DNA of 64,000 nucleotides from the NCBI RefSeq assembly GCF_032444005.1, contig NC_091284.1, forward strand, positions 301,444,001 to 301,508,000. The letters are read 5' to 3'. The translations under genes and the position numbers were made by a program. Below, in pieces: positions 35,399 through 47,000 of the stretch. Under the pieces are notes generated by a model. The model worked only from the letters and a program-made list of their open reading frames with translations, had not been told where the DNA came from and did no database searches. Every line of letters starts with the position of its first letter. Position 1 is the stretch's first letter. The stretch comes from Ranitomeya imitator. Taxonomy: Eukaryota.

Positions 35399-37952
35399 TT
35401 TTTTGTCTATTTCAAATGAATATGAATGTGGCAACCACTTCTTTTTTGTTTTCTTCAATAAAATTGGCATACACTTTTTGCATCTTACCAGTCTTGAGTG
35501 TGCGGTAATCTTTTTTGAATGATTGACTTGACCTCACGGTCAGTTTACCAGCACCTCCTTGTCCCTGACCTGAGTGCACACCATTTACCTTGTCAGCCTC
35601 CAATTGGCTGGCGGCTGTTGTTAACTATTGACGTGCGGGCACGCGTCCGCACGTCAATAGGAAACCGCCGCAGGCAGCGCCGGTAGGGGCCCAGTGAGCA
35701 GATGAGACGGGGCCCGATGCGGACCCCCTCTCTCTGCCCACCGGGTCGGGGGCACACAAATGCCGGCGGCGGTGGGCAATTTGTGCGGTAGCCCAGGGCC
35801 CCCCCACACCACTGGGCCCTGGGCTACCACCCATATTGACCCTCTGATAATCCGCCCCTGGCGTAGCTATATCCATGGTGTTACTAAATATTCACGATAG
35901 CTATTACATTCAACAATGCCTGACAGTTTGTCCATGATCACACAATCAAATTCAATGCATATCATAATACATATTATTCTATTACCCCAATAAGGAGTGT
36001 ACAGCTTATAAATAGAAGCACATAATAACAGCAACATATAATGAAAAATATATGTCATAGTAGTCTGCAGAGACAAGGATAGTATAATCAATACAACATA
36101 TCACACAATATAGCATATGGTTTGAATGGCAGCTGTGTTTCAAGCGTCCTTAATAGAGCGAAAAGGCGGAGAGATGAATATGAATGCCTACCCCAGTTCA
36201 ACGTAAACACGAAATAATCTAAAAATATATAAAATAAATAGGATGGAATTAAAAACAAGCACAGTCACTCAACTGCATGTCAATACACTGCTCACTTAAC
36301 GAACTATAGATCACAGGAATGGTACATAGCTGAGCGTCTCATTGAGTCCATGAGGATGGACTGTATTTAAGGTCCATATCCAACGGGTTTCTAATTGCGC
36401 TAGGCGTTGCAAGATCCTACCGCCTCAGATCCCTACATCAATCATGACAATACCTTTGACGTATAATAAACTGCTATCACAATTGTGATATAGCTTAAAG
36501 TGCCCCGGTAGAGTTTTGAGGGAGGATGCATCCTCCTCTTTAGCTGCTGCCAGTATTCTCATCACGTGTTCCCTGACCCTAACCTTCAATTGATGGGTGA
36601 TCAGTCCTATATATATCAACGAACAGGGACAAGACACATAATAGATTACTTTTTTAGATGTACATGTAATAGATTTAAATATCTTAAATTCTTTAGTCCT
36701 TGAAGAGTCTACAAATGTATCATCTTTGAATGCATTTATACATGCCCACAATGGCCACAGGCTTTGCATCCTCCTCTCTTCTCATATATTGTGTTATCTA
36801 GAAATGTTTTTGAGGATCTCCCACATAGTGACTCTGCACCAAGTGGTCACACAAATTTTTAGCCCTCTGATATGTGATTAATGGTTTGTCTGATATTAAT
36901 TTAGCAATAATTGGATCCGTCTTTAAGATGGGCCAAGATTTATCCAATAATTTTCGCACCTGTTCAGAGCGGGAATTGAAGTTAGTCACAAATCTAACCT
37001 CACCTGTTTTCTGTACCTCACTGCCCATCCTATATAAAAGAGAATTCCCATTACTATGTTTGGCCCAGAGATAGGCTTTTTTAATCATAAGGTGACTATA
37101 TCCCCGTTCACTAAAACGGCTCTTGAGATCTCTGGCTTGTATCTCAAAATCCCCGTCTGTCGAGCATATGCGTCGAAGACGCAAGAATTGGCCTATTGGG
37201 ACCGACCATATGAGCCGGATGGGAGGAGGACGCATGAAGCAACATGTTTGTTGATGTAGGTTTCCTGAAAATGGTTGTCTGAATAATCCCTTCCTTATCC
37301 CTAGTCAGTGTCACATCCAAGAGTTCAATTTTATCTTTGACAAAAGTGGCGGTCAAATGTGTATTCCGACTGTTATCGTTTAAGCTCACAACAAATTCCT
37401 CTAAGGACTTCTGACTGCCCTGCCAGACCAAGAAAATGTCATCTATGTAGCGCGTCCAAAGAAGGACGCACTTCATAGACGACTGTTGGTCAGACAGTAG
37501 GAGGTTCTTCTCCCACAGCCCCAGGAAAAGGTTAGCATAGGAGGGCGCAAAGGCTGTTTCCATGGCTGTCCCCCAGAGCTGCAGTACGAAGAACCCCTAA
37601 AAATGAAAATAAAATATGTGAGCGTGAATTCAAGGACTTACAGTAGGAGAGCCCTCAAACCAGGAGAAAAATTCGACATTGGTAGAAAAAATTCTGTAGC
37701 TCGCAAGCCGTTACTTTATGGTATATCTCACATCAGGCGTGAACAGACAAATAAAGTGACCTCGACCATGGTACTCATATAAAACCAAGTTTTCTATTAG
37801 AAAACTTGTTAATGGTACAGTGTCCCTCAGAGGGGAGGGACGTTGGTAATTATAAATTTTATCAAACAATTGTGGATATATGTGCTTTATGGTAGTATCT
37901 AATGACAATGTCCATTGTTCCCATAATAGTGTCAGCGTCGAGTGTGAGACTA

Positions 37953-39009
37953 CGAGGGGCGATCCAAAAGTAATGATAATCAATACTAAACACAATGAAT
38001 ATAGTCAAAAAATATTTATTTTTCTACATAGTCTCCTAACAAGTCTATACATTTAGTCTATCTCTTTTCTAAACTTAGAATTCCCTTTGAAAAAAATTCT
38101 TGATCTTGACCCTCAAAAAAATCCCCAACAGCGGTTATCACGTCGCTATTGTCGTCAAATTTCTTGCCCCGGAGGTGTTCCTTGAGCCGAGGAAAGAGAA
38201 CGAAGTCACTGGGGGCTAGATCTGGTGAATAGGGGGGGTGTTCCACCAGTTGAAAGCCCGCTTCTTGAATGGTAGCCATGGCAACAGCAGCTTTGTGAGC
38301 CGGCGCGTTATCTTGGTGAAACAACACTCCAGCCTGCAGTTTGCCGCGCCTTTTCTCCTTGATAGCCTCCCGCAATCTTCTTATTTGTTCTGCGTAGTAG
38401 GAGCCCGTAATAGTGGCTCCCTTCTCCAAATAGTCCACCATAATAATTCCTTCAGCGTCCCAAAAAACCTTCCCTGCTGAGCTTGACACTTTGAATTTCT
38501 TCGGCGTCGGTTCGTCGGCTTGTTTCCATGTCATCGATTGTTGTTTAGTTTCGGGATCAAAGTGGTGGATCCAGGTCTCGTCCATGGTCAAAAAACGTGA
38601 CAAAAAATTTTCCTTGTCTGCTTGGAACTTTTCGAGATTTGCTATTGAAATGTCAACTCGTTTCTTCTTTTGTTCGTCGGTTAACATTTTTGGCACCCAA
38701 CGCGCGGAGACCTTTCTCATATGCAATTCTTTTGCAAGGATTCTTTGAATACTGCCATATGAGAGCCCTGTGACCTCAGCTACATGCCTGATAGTCACTC
38801 TTCGATCTGCCAATACAACTTCTTCAACTTTTTTCACGTTTTCTTCATTGAGGGACGTGGATGGGCGTCCTTCACGATGTTCATTTTTCGTCGATGTTCT
38901 TCCCAGCTTAAATTCTTTGGCCCAGCGTGCAACTGTGGAATATGGAGAAGAGTCCCTCAATGTTTCCACCAAGTCGCTGTGTATGTCTTTGGTAGTCATT
39001 TTTTTCAAG
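37953..39009 (-). mobile_element. mariner (DD34D) transposon lacking its 5' end
   Basis: TA|CGAGGGG TIR; ORF 38058-39008 with TMDETW, FHQDNAPAH and YSPDLAPSDF; N-terminus and second TIR missing. Confidence 0.9.
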
Positions 39010-39410
39010 CAGATGCTGCGCGTGCGCAGATGGACATCGCGGCGGCCATTTTCCTGAAGCCCCGGGAAGCAGGAGACTCCATCTGCGCACGCGCGGCCTC
39101 ACCGAGAAACCGCTGAATAGCGGCGAGCGCGCTCTTTTTCTACAGCTGCGCAGTGCATTCGGCACTTGCGCATGCGAGAAGCACTACGCCACCAACGGGA
39201 ACTTAAGATGTGGGGGAGAAACAGCGCTGTGACCACGCCCATCCGACCTGACCAGCCTGATTGACAGGCGAAAAAAGACACTTTTGTAAGGTATTTCGGC
39301 AGCATAGGTAGGGAATCAGAGGACAAAAAATACCCTATTGTAATGCACAGCTCAGGCCCTATTTAACGGTATTTTTATCTCCTACTGAAAAACGGGGTGA
39401 CAGGTTCCCT
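39010..39410. mobile_element. Half of a T2/Kolobok-like MITE
   Basis: Ends GGGGTGACAGGTTCCCT|TTAA; other end absent (fused to the truncated mariner). Confidence 0.55.
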
Positions 39411-42400
39411 TTAACAAAAAAGTGTGAAACAACTGAAAATATGACTTATATTCTAGGTAGACACTAGGGTTGAGCGACTTTTACTTTTTTAGGATCGAGT
39501 TGGGTTTCGCGAAACTCGACTTTGTCAAAAGTCGGGTCGGGTGAAATCGGCCGATTATTGCGAAAAGTCGGGGGCCGACTGAAACACGAAACCCAATGCA
39601 AGTCAATGGGAAATCAAAGTCGGCAGTGAGTGGAGGACAGAAAAACACCTACAGTGCCCATTTTAATGCCAAAAACATCAATTCTTATTACTTAAGCTTG
39701 CCAACCTTAATTTACTGTATAATAATAGTTAGACATTGAAAACTGGGGGTCATTTGGCTAAAGTTGTGGGGGGGTAGGGCTGGCTCAAGATTTTCGTGGG
39801 CCCAGGAAACGCGGAATGCATCACGGCGGTGGAGCAGGGAGAGGTAAGTATTTCAACTTTGCAAGTGCTGTGATCCTGAGCAAGCAGGGAGGGCCCACTC
39901 GTTGGCACTGGCACATATACATAGTACGGCAGTGTGTTTGACGGCGGGTGGAGCCTCCCACGGCCAGAGGCACTTTTGCGTACTATGAGGGGCCCTGTGC
40001 CAGTGCCAACGAGTATGCCCCCCCTACCTGATGAAGGAACCTGCACTTTCATCTGCACCTTCCTCTTTGTCCCCGTGTAAGGTGGTTTAGTATGCGGGAA
40101 GGGGAACCTGACTTTCAGCAGGGTCAGATTCTGGCTGTGTAGAGTGCAAGGGGAATGTAGTGGTCTGGGTCAATGTACCAGCAGACTCATCTAGCAGTGG
40201 CTGGCCAATAGGCAGGATGAGGAGGAAACACAGATATAGGCCCAAATAATAAAGTAGGCTAAATGCAGTTCAAAATTGGTAACAGGACTAAACAGGCGGC
40301 ATTGCTTTTTTCAGTGGAGGTTAACTGTAATGAGTGGCAGACAGCCAGACACAGTTAGTAGGCCCTAATGATAAAGTGGGCTAAATGCAGTTAAAAATTG
40401 GTAACAGGACTAAACTGGTGGCATTGCTTTGTTCAGTGGAGGGCCACTGTAATGAGTAGCAGACACAGTTGGTAGGCCCAAGTAATAAAGTGGGCTAAAT
40501 GCAGTTCAAAATTGGTAACAGGGCTAAACTGGTGGCATTGCTTTGTTCAGTGGAGGGCCCCTGTAATGAGTGGCAGACACAGTTGATAGACCCAAATAAT
40601 AAAGTGGGCTAAATGTCTGCCAAAAAATAGTTGATAAATAAACAGGTGGCATCGCTAGGTACAGGGGTGGGCTCCTCTGCTGAGAAGCAGACAGTGGTAG
40701 TAGGCGCAAAGTATTAACTGGTCTAAATGGAGGCCAGGGTCCCTGTATATTTTAACTATCATGTATCATTTCAACAAATTTGTTTTGGCAGTGCCATTGA
40801 AGGACTTAACAGCACAGACTACACAGTGGTGGAGCAGGGAGAGGTAAGTATTGCAAGTGGTAGAGCAATGTTCGAGCTGGGGGGAACACTCTCGTGGGCG
40901 GCGGTACTGGCACAGGGCCCCTCATATTATGACGGTGTGTCTGACGTTGGTTGTGCACCACCACCGTCAGAGACACTTCATTGTACTATGAGGGACCCTG
41001 TGCCAGTGCCATCGCCCAAGAGTGGGCGCACCCACCGGTCCAGGCAAACGGCACTCGCAAGGGTGCTTGCGCCAGGTGGTGACAACGGCCCTGTGGGGGG
41101 GAGTCAGCCCATTTAGGGAGGTATAAAAATGGCCTACGGTGGACATTCAGCAGCTGCAAATGGAGGAATTGGAGAAATCAGTAAGAGGAGGCCAAAAGAA
41201 AGAAATTTTTCAGGCAAACTACGTGTCAGCCAGGGAAGCGGGGCAAAATAATTTGAAATCCATGATTGGTTCATTTTAATAAAGGTTAGATCATCAACAT
41301 TCTGGGGAGCAAGACGTGTCCTTTTTTTGGTCAGTATTGAACCAGCAGCACTGAAGACTCTTTCTGATAGCACACTAAAAGCAGGACAAGCGAGCTCCTG
41401 TAATGCATATTCTGCCAATTCAGGCCAGGTGTCTATTTTAGATGCCCAGTAATCAAAGGGGAATGACCTGTGAGGGAGAACATTGATAAGGGAGGAAAAG
41501 TAGTTCTTAACCATACTGGACAAATGCTGTCTCCTGTCACTATGAATCGATGCAGCAGTACCTGTCGTGTCAGCAGTCATTGCGAAATCACTCCACAACC
41601 TGGTCATAAAACCCCTCTGTCCAACGCTACTTCGGATTTGTGCACCTCTAGCACCTCTGCCATGTTGCCCCCTACGGCTCGTGTGAGAACCATCACCATT
41701 GCTGTGTGCTGGGAATGCCTGAACCAAACGGTCTACAAGAGTTGCTTGTTTGGCAGCCAATATTGGCTCACGGTTCTCATGTGGCATGATATTTAGTAAT
41801 TTTCCTTTATATCGTGGATCCAGGAGGCAGGCCAACCAGTAATCGTCATCGGTCATCATTTTGATAATGCGGGGGTCCCTTTTAGAATACGCAAGGCATA
41901 CTCAGCCATGTGGGCCAATGTTCCAGGTGTCAATTCACTGCTTGTGCTGGGTTGAGGAGCACTTTCTTGCAAATCAACATCACTTGTGTCCCGCAAAAAC
42001 CCTGTACCTGACCTTGCAACGACAACAGTTTCTATTGCCCCCTTAGAAGCATCCTCCTCCCATAAATATTCATCCCCATCACCCTCCTCCTCCTCTTCGT
42101 CCGCCACCTCGTCCAGGAGAGTTGCCTCAGCAGACAATGGCTGACTGTCATCAAGGCTTCCCTCCTCCTCGGCTGCCGACGCCAGCTCCTTAATGTGCGT
42201 TAAACTTTGCATCAGCAGACGCATTAGTGGGATGCTCATGCTTATGATGGCGTCGTCTGCACTTACCATCCGTGTGCATTCCTCAAAACACTGAAGGACT
42301 TGACAGAGGTCTTGTAGCTTCGACCACTGCACACCAGACAACTCCATGTCTGCCATCCAACTGCCTGCCCGTGTATGTGTATCCTCTCACAAATTAATTA

Positions 42401-44074
42401 CAGCCCGCCTCTGTTCGCACAGCCTCTGAAGCATGTGCAGTGTGGAGTTCCACCTTGTTGCAACGTCAATTATTAGGCGGTGCTGGGGAAGATTCAGCGA
42501 TCGCAGATGGTTCAGCATACGGCTGGAGTGTACGGGCGACCGGCGAACGTGCGAGCAAAGTCTTCGCACCTTCAGGAGCAGGGCTGGTAACTCTGGATAA
42601 TTTTTGCACCACCAGGTTCAAGGTGTGAGCCAGGCAAGGTATGTGTTTAAGTTCTGAAAGGGCTATTGCAGCCATAAAATTACTTCTGTTATCACTGACT
42701 ACCTTGTCTGCCTCAAGATGTACACTGCCCAGCCATGACTGAGTTTGTTGCTGCAAGTACTCGGCCAGTACTTCCGCGGTGTGTCTGTTGTCGCCCAAAC
42801 ACTTCATTTGTAGCACAGCCTGCTGACGCTTACCACTAGCTGTTCGATAATGGGACACCTCGTGAGCAACACTGGCAGCTGCGGATGGAGTGGTCGTGCG
42901 ACTGCGCTCTGTGGACGAGCTTTCACTTCTAGAGGAGGAGGAGGGGTGGCGAACGCCTACAGCCAACTGTTTCCTAGACCGTGGGCTAGGCAGAACTGTC
43001 CCACTATGGCTGTCCCCTGTGGACCCTGCATCCACCACATTAACCCAGTGCGCCGTGATGGACACGTAACGTCCCTTGCCATGCCTACTGGTCCATGCAT
43101 CTGTTGTGAGGTGCACCTTTCTACTGACTGATTGCCTCAGTGCATGGACAATGCAGTCTTTGACATGCTGGTGGAGGGCTGGGATGGCTATTCTCGCAAA
43201 GAAGTGCCGACTGGGTAGGTCATAGCGTGGTACTGCGTAGGCCATCAGGTATTTGAAAGCCTTGCTTTCAACCAACCGGTAGGGCATCATCTCTAACGAG
43301 ATTAGTCTAGCAATGTGGTCATTATTAAAACCCTGTGTACGCGGATGAGAGGATGAGTACTTTCTTTCCCTAATGAGAGTCTCTTGTAGGGGTGAGCTGG
43401 ACTGAAGTGCTGCATATGGTGGAACTAGCGGTGGGGGTGGTGGACATGGCAGATTGAGAGAGGGTTGGTGATGGTATTCTTGATGTTGGCCTACATACAG
43501 TGTCTCCTACCAAAAATCTTGTGATTCCCTGACTGCTTTGGCCTTGCGGCGATACCTCCACATTTGCTGCTGGTGGTGTCCTAATCGGTGGGTTTACAGT
43601 GAGGGAAGCAATGTAGTGTTGCTGACTACCTTCATTCTGAGCAGGTGCACCAACGGTACGGGACGTTTGGTAGTTAGTCCAAGCTTGCAAGTGCATGCTG
43701 GTTAAATGTCTACGCATGCAACTTGTATTTAAATTTTGAAGATTCTTCCCTCTGCTAAAGGTCTTTGAGCATTTGTTACAGATAACTTTTGACTGATCAT
43801 TCAAATCTTGGTTAAAAAATTGCCACACTAAACTCTTCCTACTATGAAATACCTTTTCAGGCATTGCACGCTGTGCTACTTTCACCAGATGGCCATGCTG
43901 TCCTAAAACTGGTTTTGTTTTTGACAAACGTTTTTGGCCTGATACGGGTCTGCCAGATGACAGCTGTTGCGATGTAGATGGCTGCTGTGGATCATCCTCT
44001 TCCGCTTTTGAGCTACTGGCAGCGGCACCCTCTTCCCCCAATGGCTGCCAATCTGAGTCAACAATTGGGTAATC

Positions 44075-47000
44075 TGTTATGACCTGGTGGTTAGGAGCAC
44101 CCGGAATGACCTGATAGTTAAACCTCATACAGGACGAGCTCTGGGATGTGGGAGCTGTGCTGACCGCAAGCCCTAATCCTATCACATACACTAGAAATAG
44201 CCGTGGAGCGCTCCTGACCAGACCTAGGCGCCTCGTCACAGCCTAAGAACTATCTAGCCCTAGAGATAGAAAAATAAGCCTACCTTGCCTCAGAGAAATT
44301 CCCCAAAGGTAAAGGAAGCCCCCCACATATATTGACTGTGAGTAAAGATGAAAGTCACAAACGCAGAAATGAAACAGGTTTCAGCAAAGGGAGGCCAGAC
44401 TTACTAAATAGACAGAGGAAAGGAAAGGTAACTTTGCGATCAGCACAAAAGCCTACAAAAGACCACGCAGAGTATGCAAAAAAGACCTCTGCACCGACTC
44501 ACGGTGCGGAGGGGCCACTCTGCATCCCAGAGCTTCCAACTAGCAAGACAAAATCATGAAAACCAGCTGGACAAGAAAACAAAGAACAAATAATGACTAT
44601 CAGGAACTTAGCTTCTGCAGGAGAAGGCAGGTCACCAGAGAGATCCAGGAGCGAACTGAACCAATGCAAAAACATTGACAGCTGGCATGGAGTAACGATC
44701 TGAGAGGAGTTAAATAGAGCAGTCAACCAAAGGATAAACCATGTCACCTGTGTAAGGAACCTCAGAAGCAGCAGCTTCACTCACAGCCACCAGAGGGAGC
44801 CCATAGACAGAACTCGCCGAAGTACCATTCACGACCACAGGAGGGAGTTCAACAACAGAATTCACAACAGTACCCCCCCCCCCTTGAGGAGGGGTCACCG
44901 AACCCTCACCAGAGCCCCCAGGCCGATCAGGATGAGCCAAATGAAAGGCACGAACAAGATCGGCAGCATGAACAACAGAGGCAAAAACCCAGGAATTATC
45001 TTCCTGACCGTAACCCTTCCACTTGACCAGTTACTGGAGTTTCCATCTCGAAACACGAGAATCCAAAATCTTCTCCACCACATACTCCAACTCCCCCTCG
45101 ACCAACACCGGAGCAGGAGGACCAACGGAGGGAACCATAGGCGCCACGTATCTCCGCAACAACGACCTATGGAACACATTATGGATGGCAAAAGAAGCTG
45201 GAAGATCCAAACGAAATGACTCAGGATTAAGAACTTCAGAAATCTTATATGGTCCAATGAAACGAGGCTTAAACTTAGGAGAGGAAACCTTCATAGGAAC
45301 GTGACGAGATAACAACCAAATCAAATCTCCAACACGAAGTCGGGGACCAACACAACGCCGGCGGTTAGCGAAACGTTGAGCTTTCTCCTGAAATGTCAAA
45401 TTGACCACCACATGAGTCCAAATCTGCTGCAACCTGTCCACCACAGTATCCACACCAGGACAGTCCGAAGGCTCAACCTGCCCTGAAGAGAAGCGAGGAT
45501 GGAAACCAGAATTACAGAAAAAAGGAGAAACTAAAGTAGCCGAGCTGGCCCGATTATTAAGGGCGAACTCAGCCAAAGTCAAGAAAGACACCCAATCATC
45601 CTGATCAGCAGAAACAAAGCATCTCAGATATGTCTCCAAAGTCTGATTAGTTTGTTCGTTTTGGCCATTAGTCTGAGGATGGAAAGCCGAAGAAAAAGAC
45701 AAATCAATGCCCATCTTAGCGCAAAAGGACCGCCAAAACCTCGAAACAAACTGGGAACCTCTGTCCGAGACGATGTTCTCTTGAATGCCATGTAAACGAA
45801 CCACATGCTGGAAAAACAATGGCACCAAATCAGAGGAGGAAGGCAGTTTAGACAAGGGTACCAAATGGACCATCTTAGAGAAGCGATCACAAACCACCCA
45901 AATGACCGACATCTTTTGAGAAACAGGGAGATCAGAAATAAAATCCATGGAAATATGCGTCCAGGGCCTCTTCGGGATCGGCAAGGGCAAAAGCAACCCA
46001 CTGGCACGAGAACAGCAGGGCTTAGCCCGAGCACAAATCCCACAGGACTGCACAAAAGAACGCACATCCCGTGACAAAGAAGGCCACCAAAAGGATCTAG
46101 CCACTAAATCTCTGGTACCAAAGATTCCAGGATGACCAGCCAATACTGAACAATGAATCTCCGAGATAACTCTACTAGTCCATCTATCAGGGACAAACAG
46201 TTTCTCCGTAGGACAACGGTCAGGTCTATCAGCCTGAAACTTTTGCAGCACACGCCGCAAATCAGGGGAAATGGCAGACAAAATTATCCCTTCTTTAAGA
46301 ATACCCGCCGGCTCCGGAACACCTGGAGAGTAAGGCACAAAACTCCTTGACAGGGCGTCAGCCTTCACATTCTTAGATCCCGGAAGGTATGAAACCACAA
46401 AATCAAAACGGGAGAAAGAGCGACGATCGAGCCTGTCTAGGATTCAACCGTTTGGCAGACTCGAGATAAGTTAAATTCTTGTGATCCGTCAAGACCACCA
46501 CGCGATGTTTAGCTCCTTCAAGCCAATGTCGCCACTCCTCGAATGCCCACTTCATGGCCAACAACTCCCGATTGCCCACATCATAATTGCGCTCAGCAGG
46601 CGAGAATTTTCTAGAAAAGAAGGCACAGGGTTTCATCACCGAGCCATCAGAACTTCTTTGCGACAAAACAGCCCCTGCTCCAATTTCAGAAGCATCAACC
46701 TCCACCTGAAAAGGGAGCAAAACATCTGGCTGGCACAACACAGGGGCAGAAGCAAAACGACGCTTCAACTCCTGAAAAGCCTCTACAGCCGCAGAGGACC
46801 AATTGACCACATCAGCACCTTTCTTGGTCAAATCAGTCAACGGCTTAGCAACACTGGAAAAGTTAGCGATGAAGCGACGATAAAAATTAGCAAAGCCCAG
46901 GAACTTCTGCAAGCTCTTCACAGATGTCGGCTGAGTCCAATCGTAAATGGCCTGAACTTTAACAGGGTCCATCTCGATAGTAGAAGGGGAAAAAATGTAA

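Larger units (their letters stand above)
29088..35593. mobile_element. Head-to-head palindromic Penelope insertion (PLE-D)
   Basis: Arms 29088-32245 and 32333-35523, 87-bp spacer, 70-bp 3' extension; 16-bp TSD CAGCCTCCAATTGGCT at 29072-29087 and 35594-35609. Confidence 0.95.
26583..35860. mobile_element. hAT-type non-autonomous element carrying a minisatellite and the PLE-D palindrome
   Basis: TIRs CAGGGGTGGATTA / TAATCCGCCCCTG; 8-bp TSD GCGTAATT vs GCGTAGCT (6/8 match). Confidence 0.75.
25232..37710 (-). mobile_element. 5'-truncated PLE (PLE-C), split by the hAT element 26583-35860
   Basis: RT (WTRYIDDIFLVW), thumb and GIY-YIG fragments at 36311-37563; 3' region continues across the hAT TSD into 25232-26574 with a decayed HHR; outer boundaries approximate. 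Confidence 0.75.
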
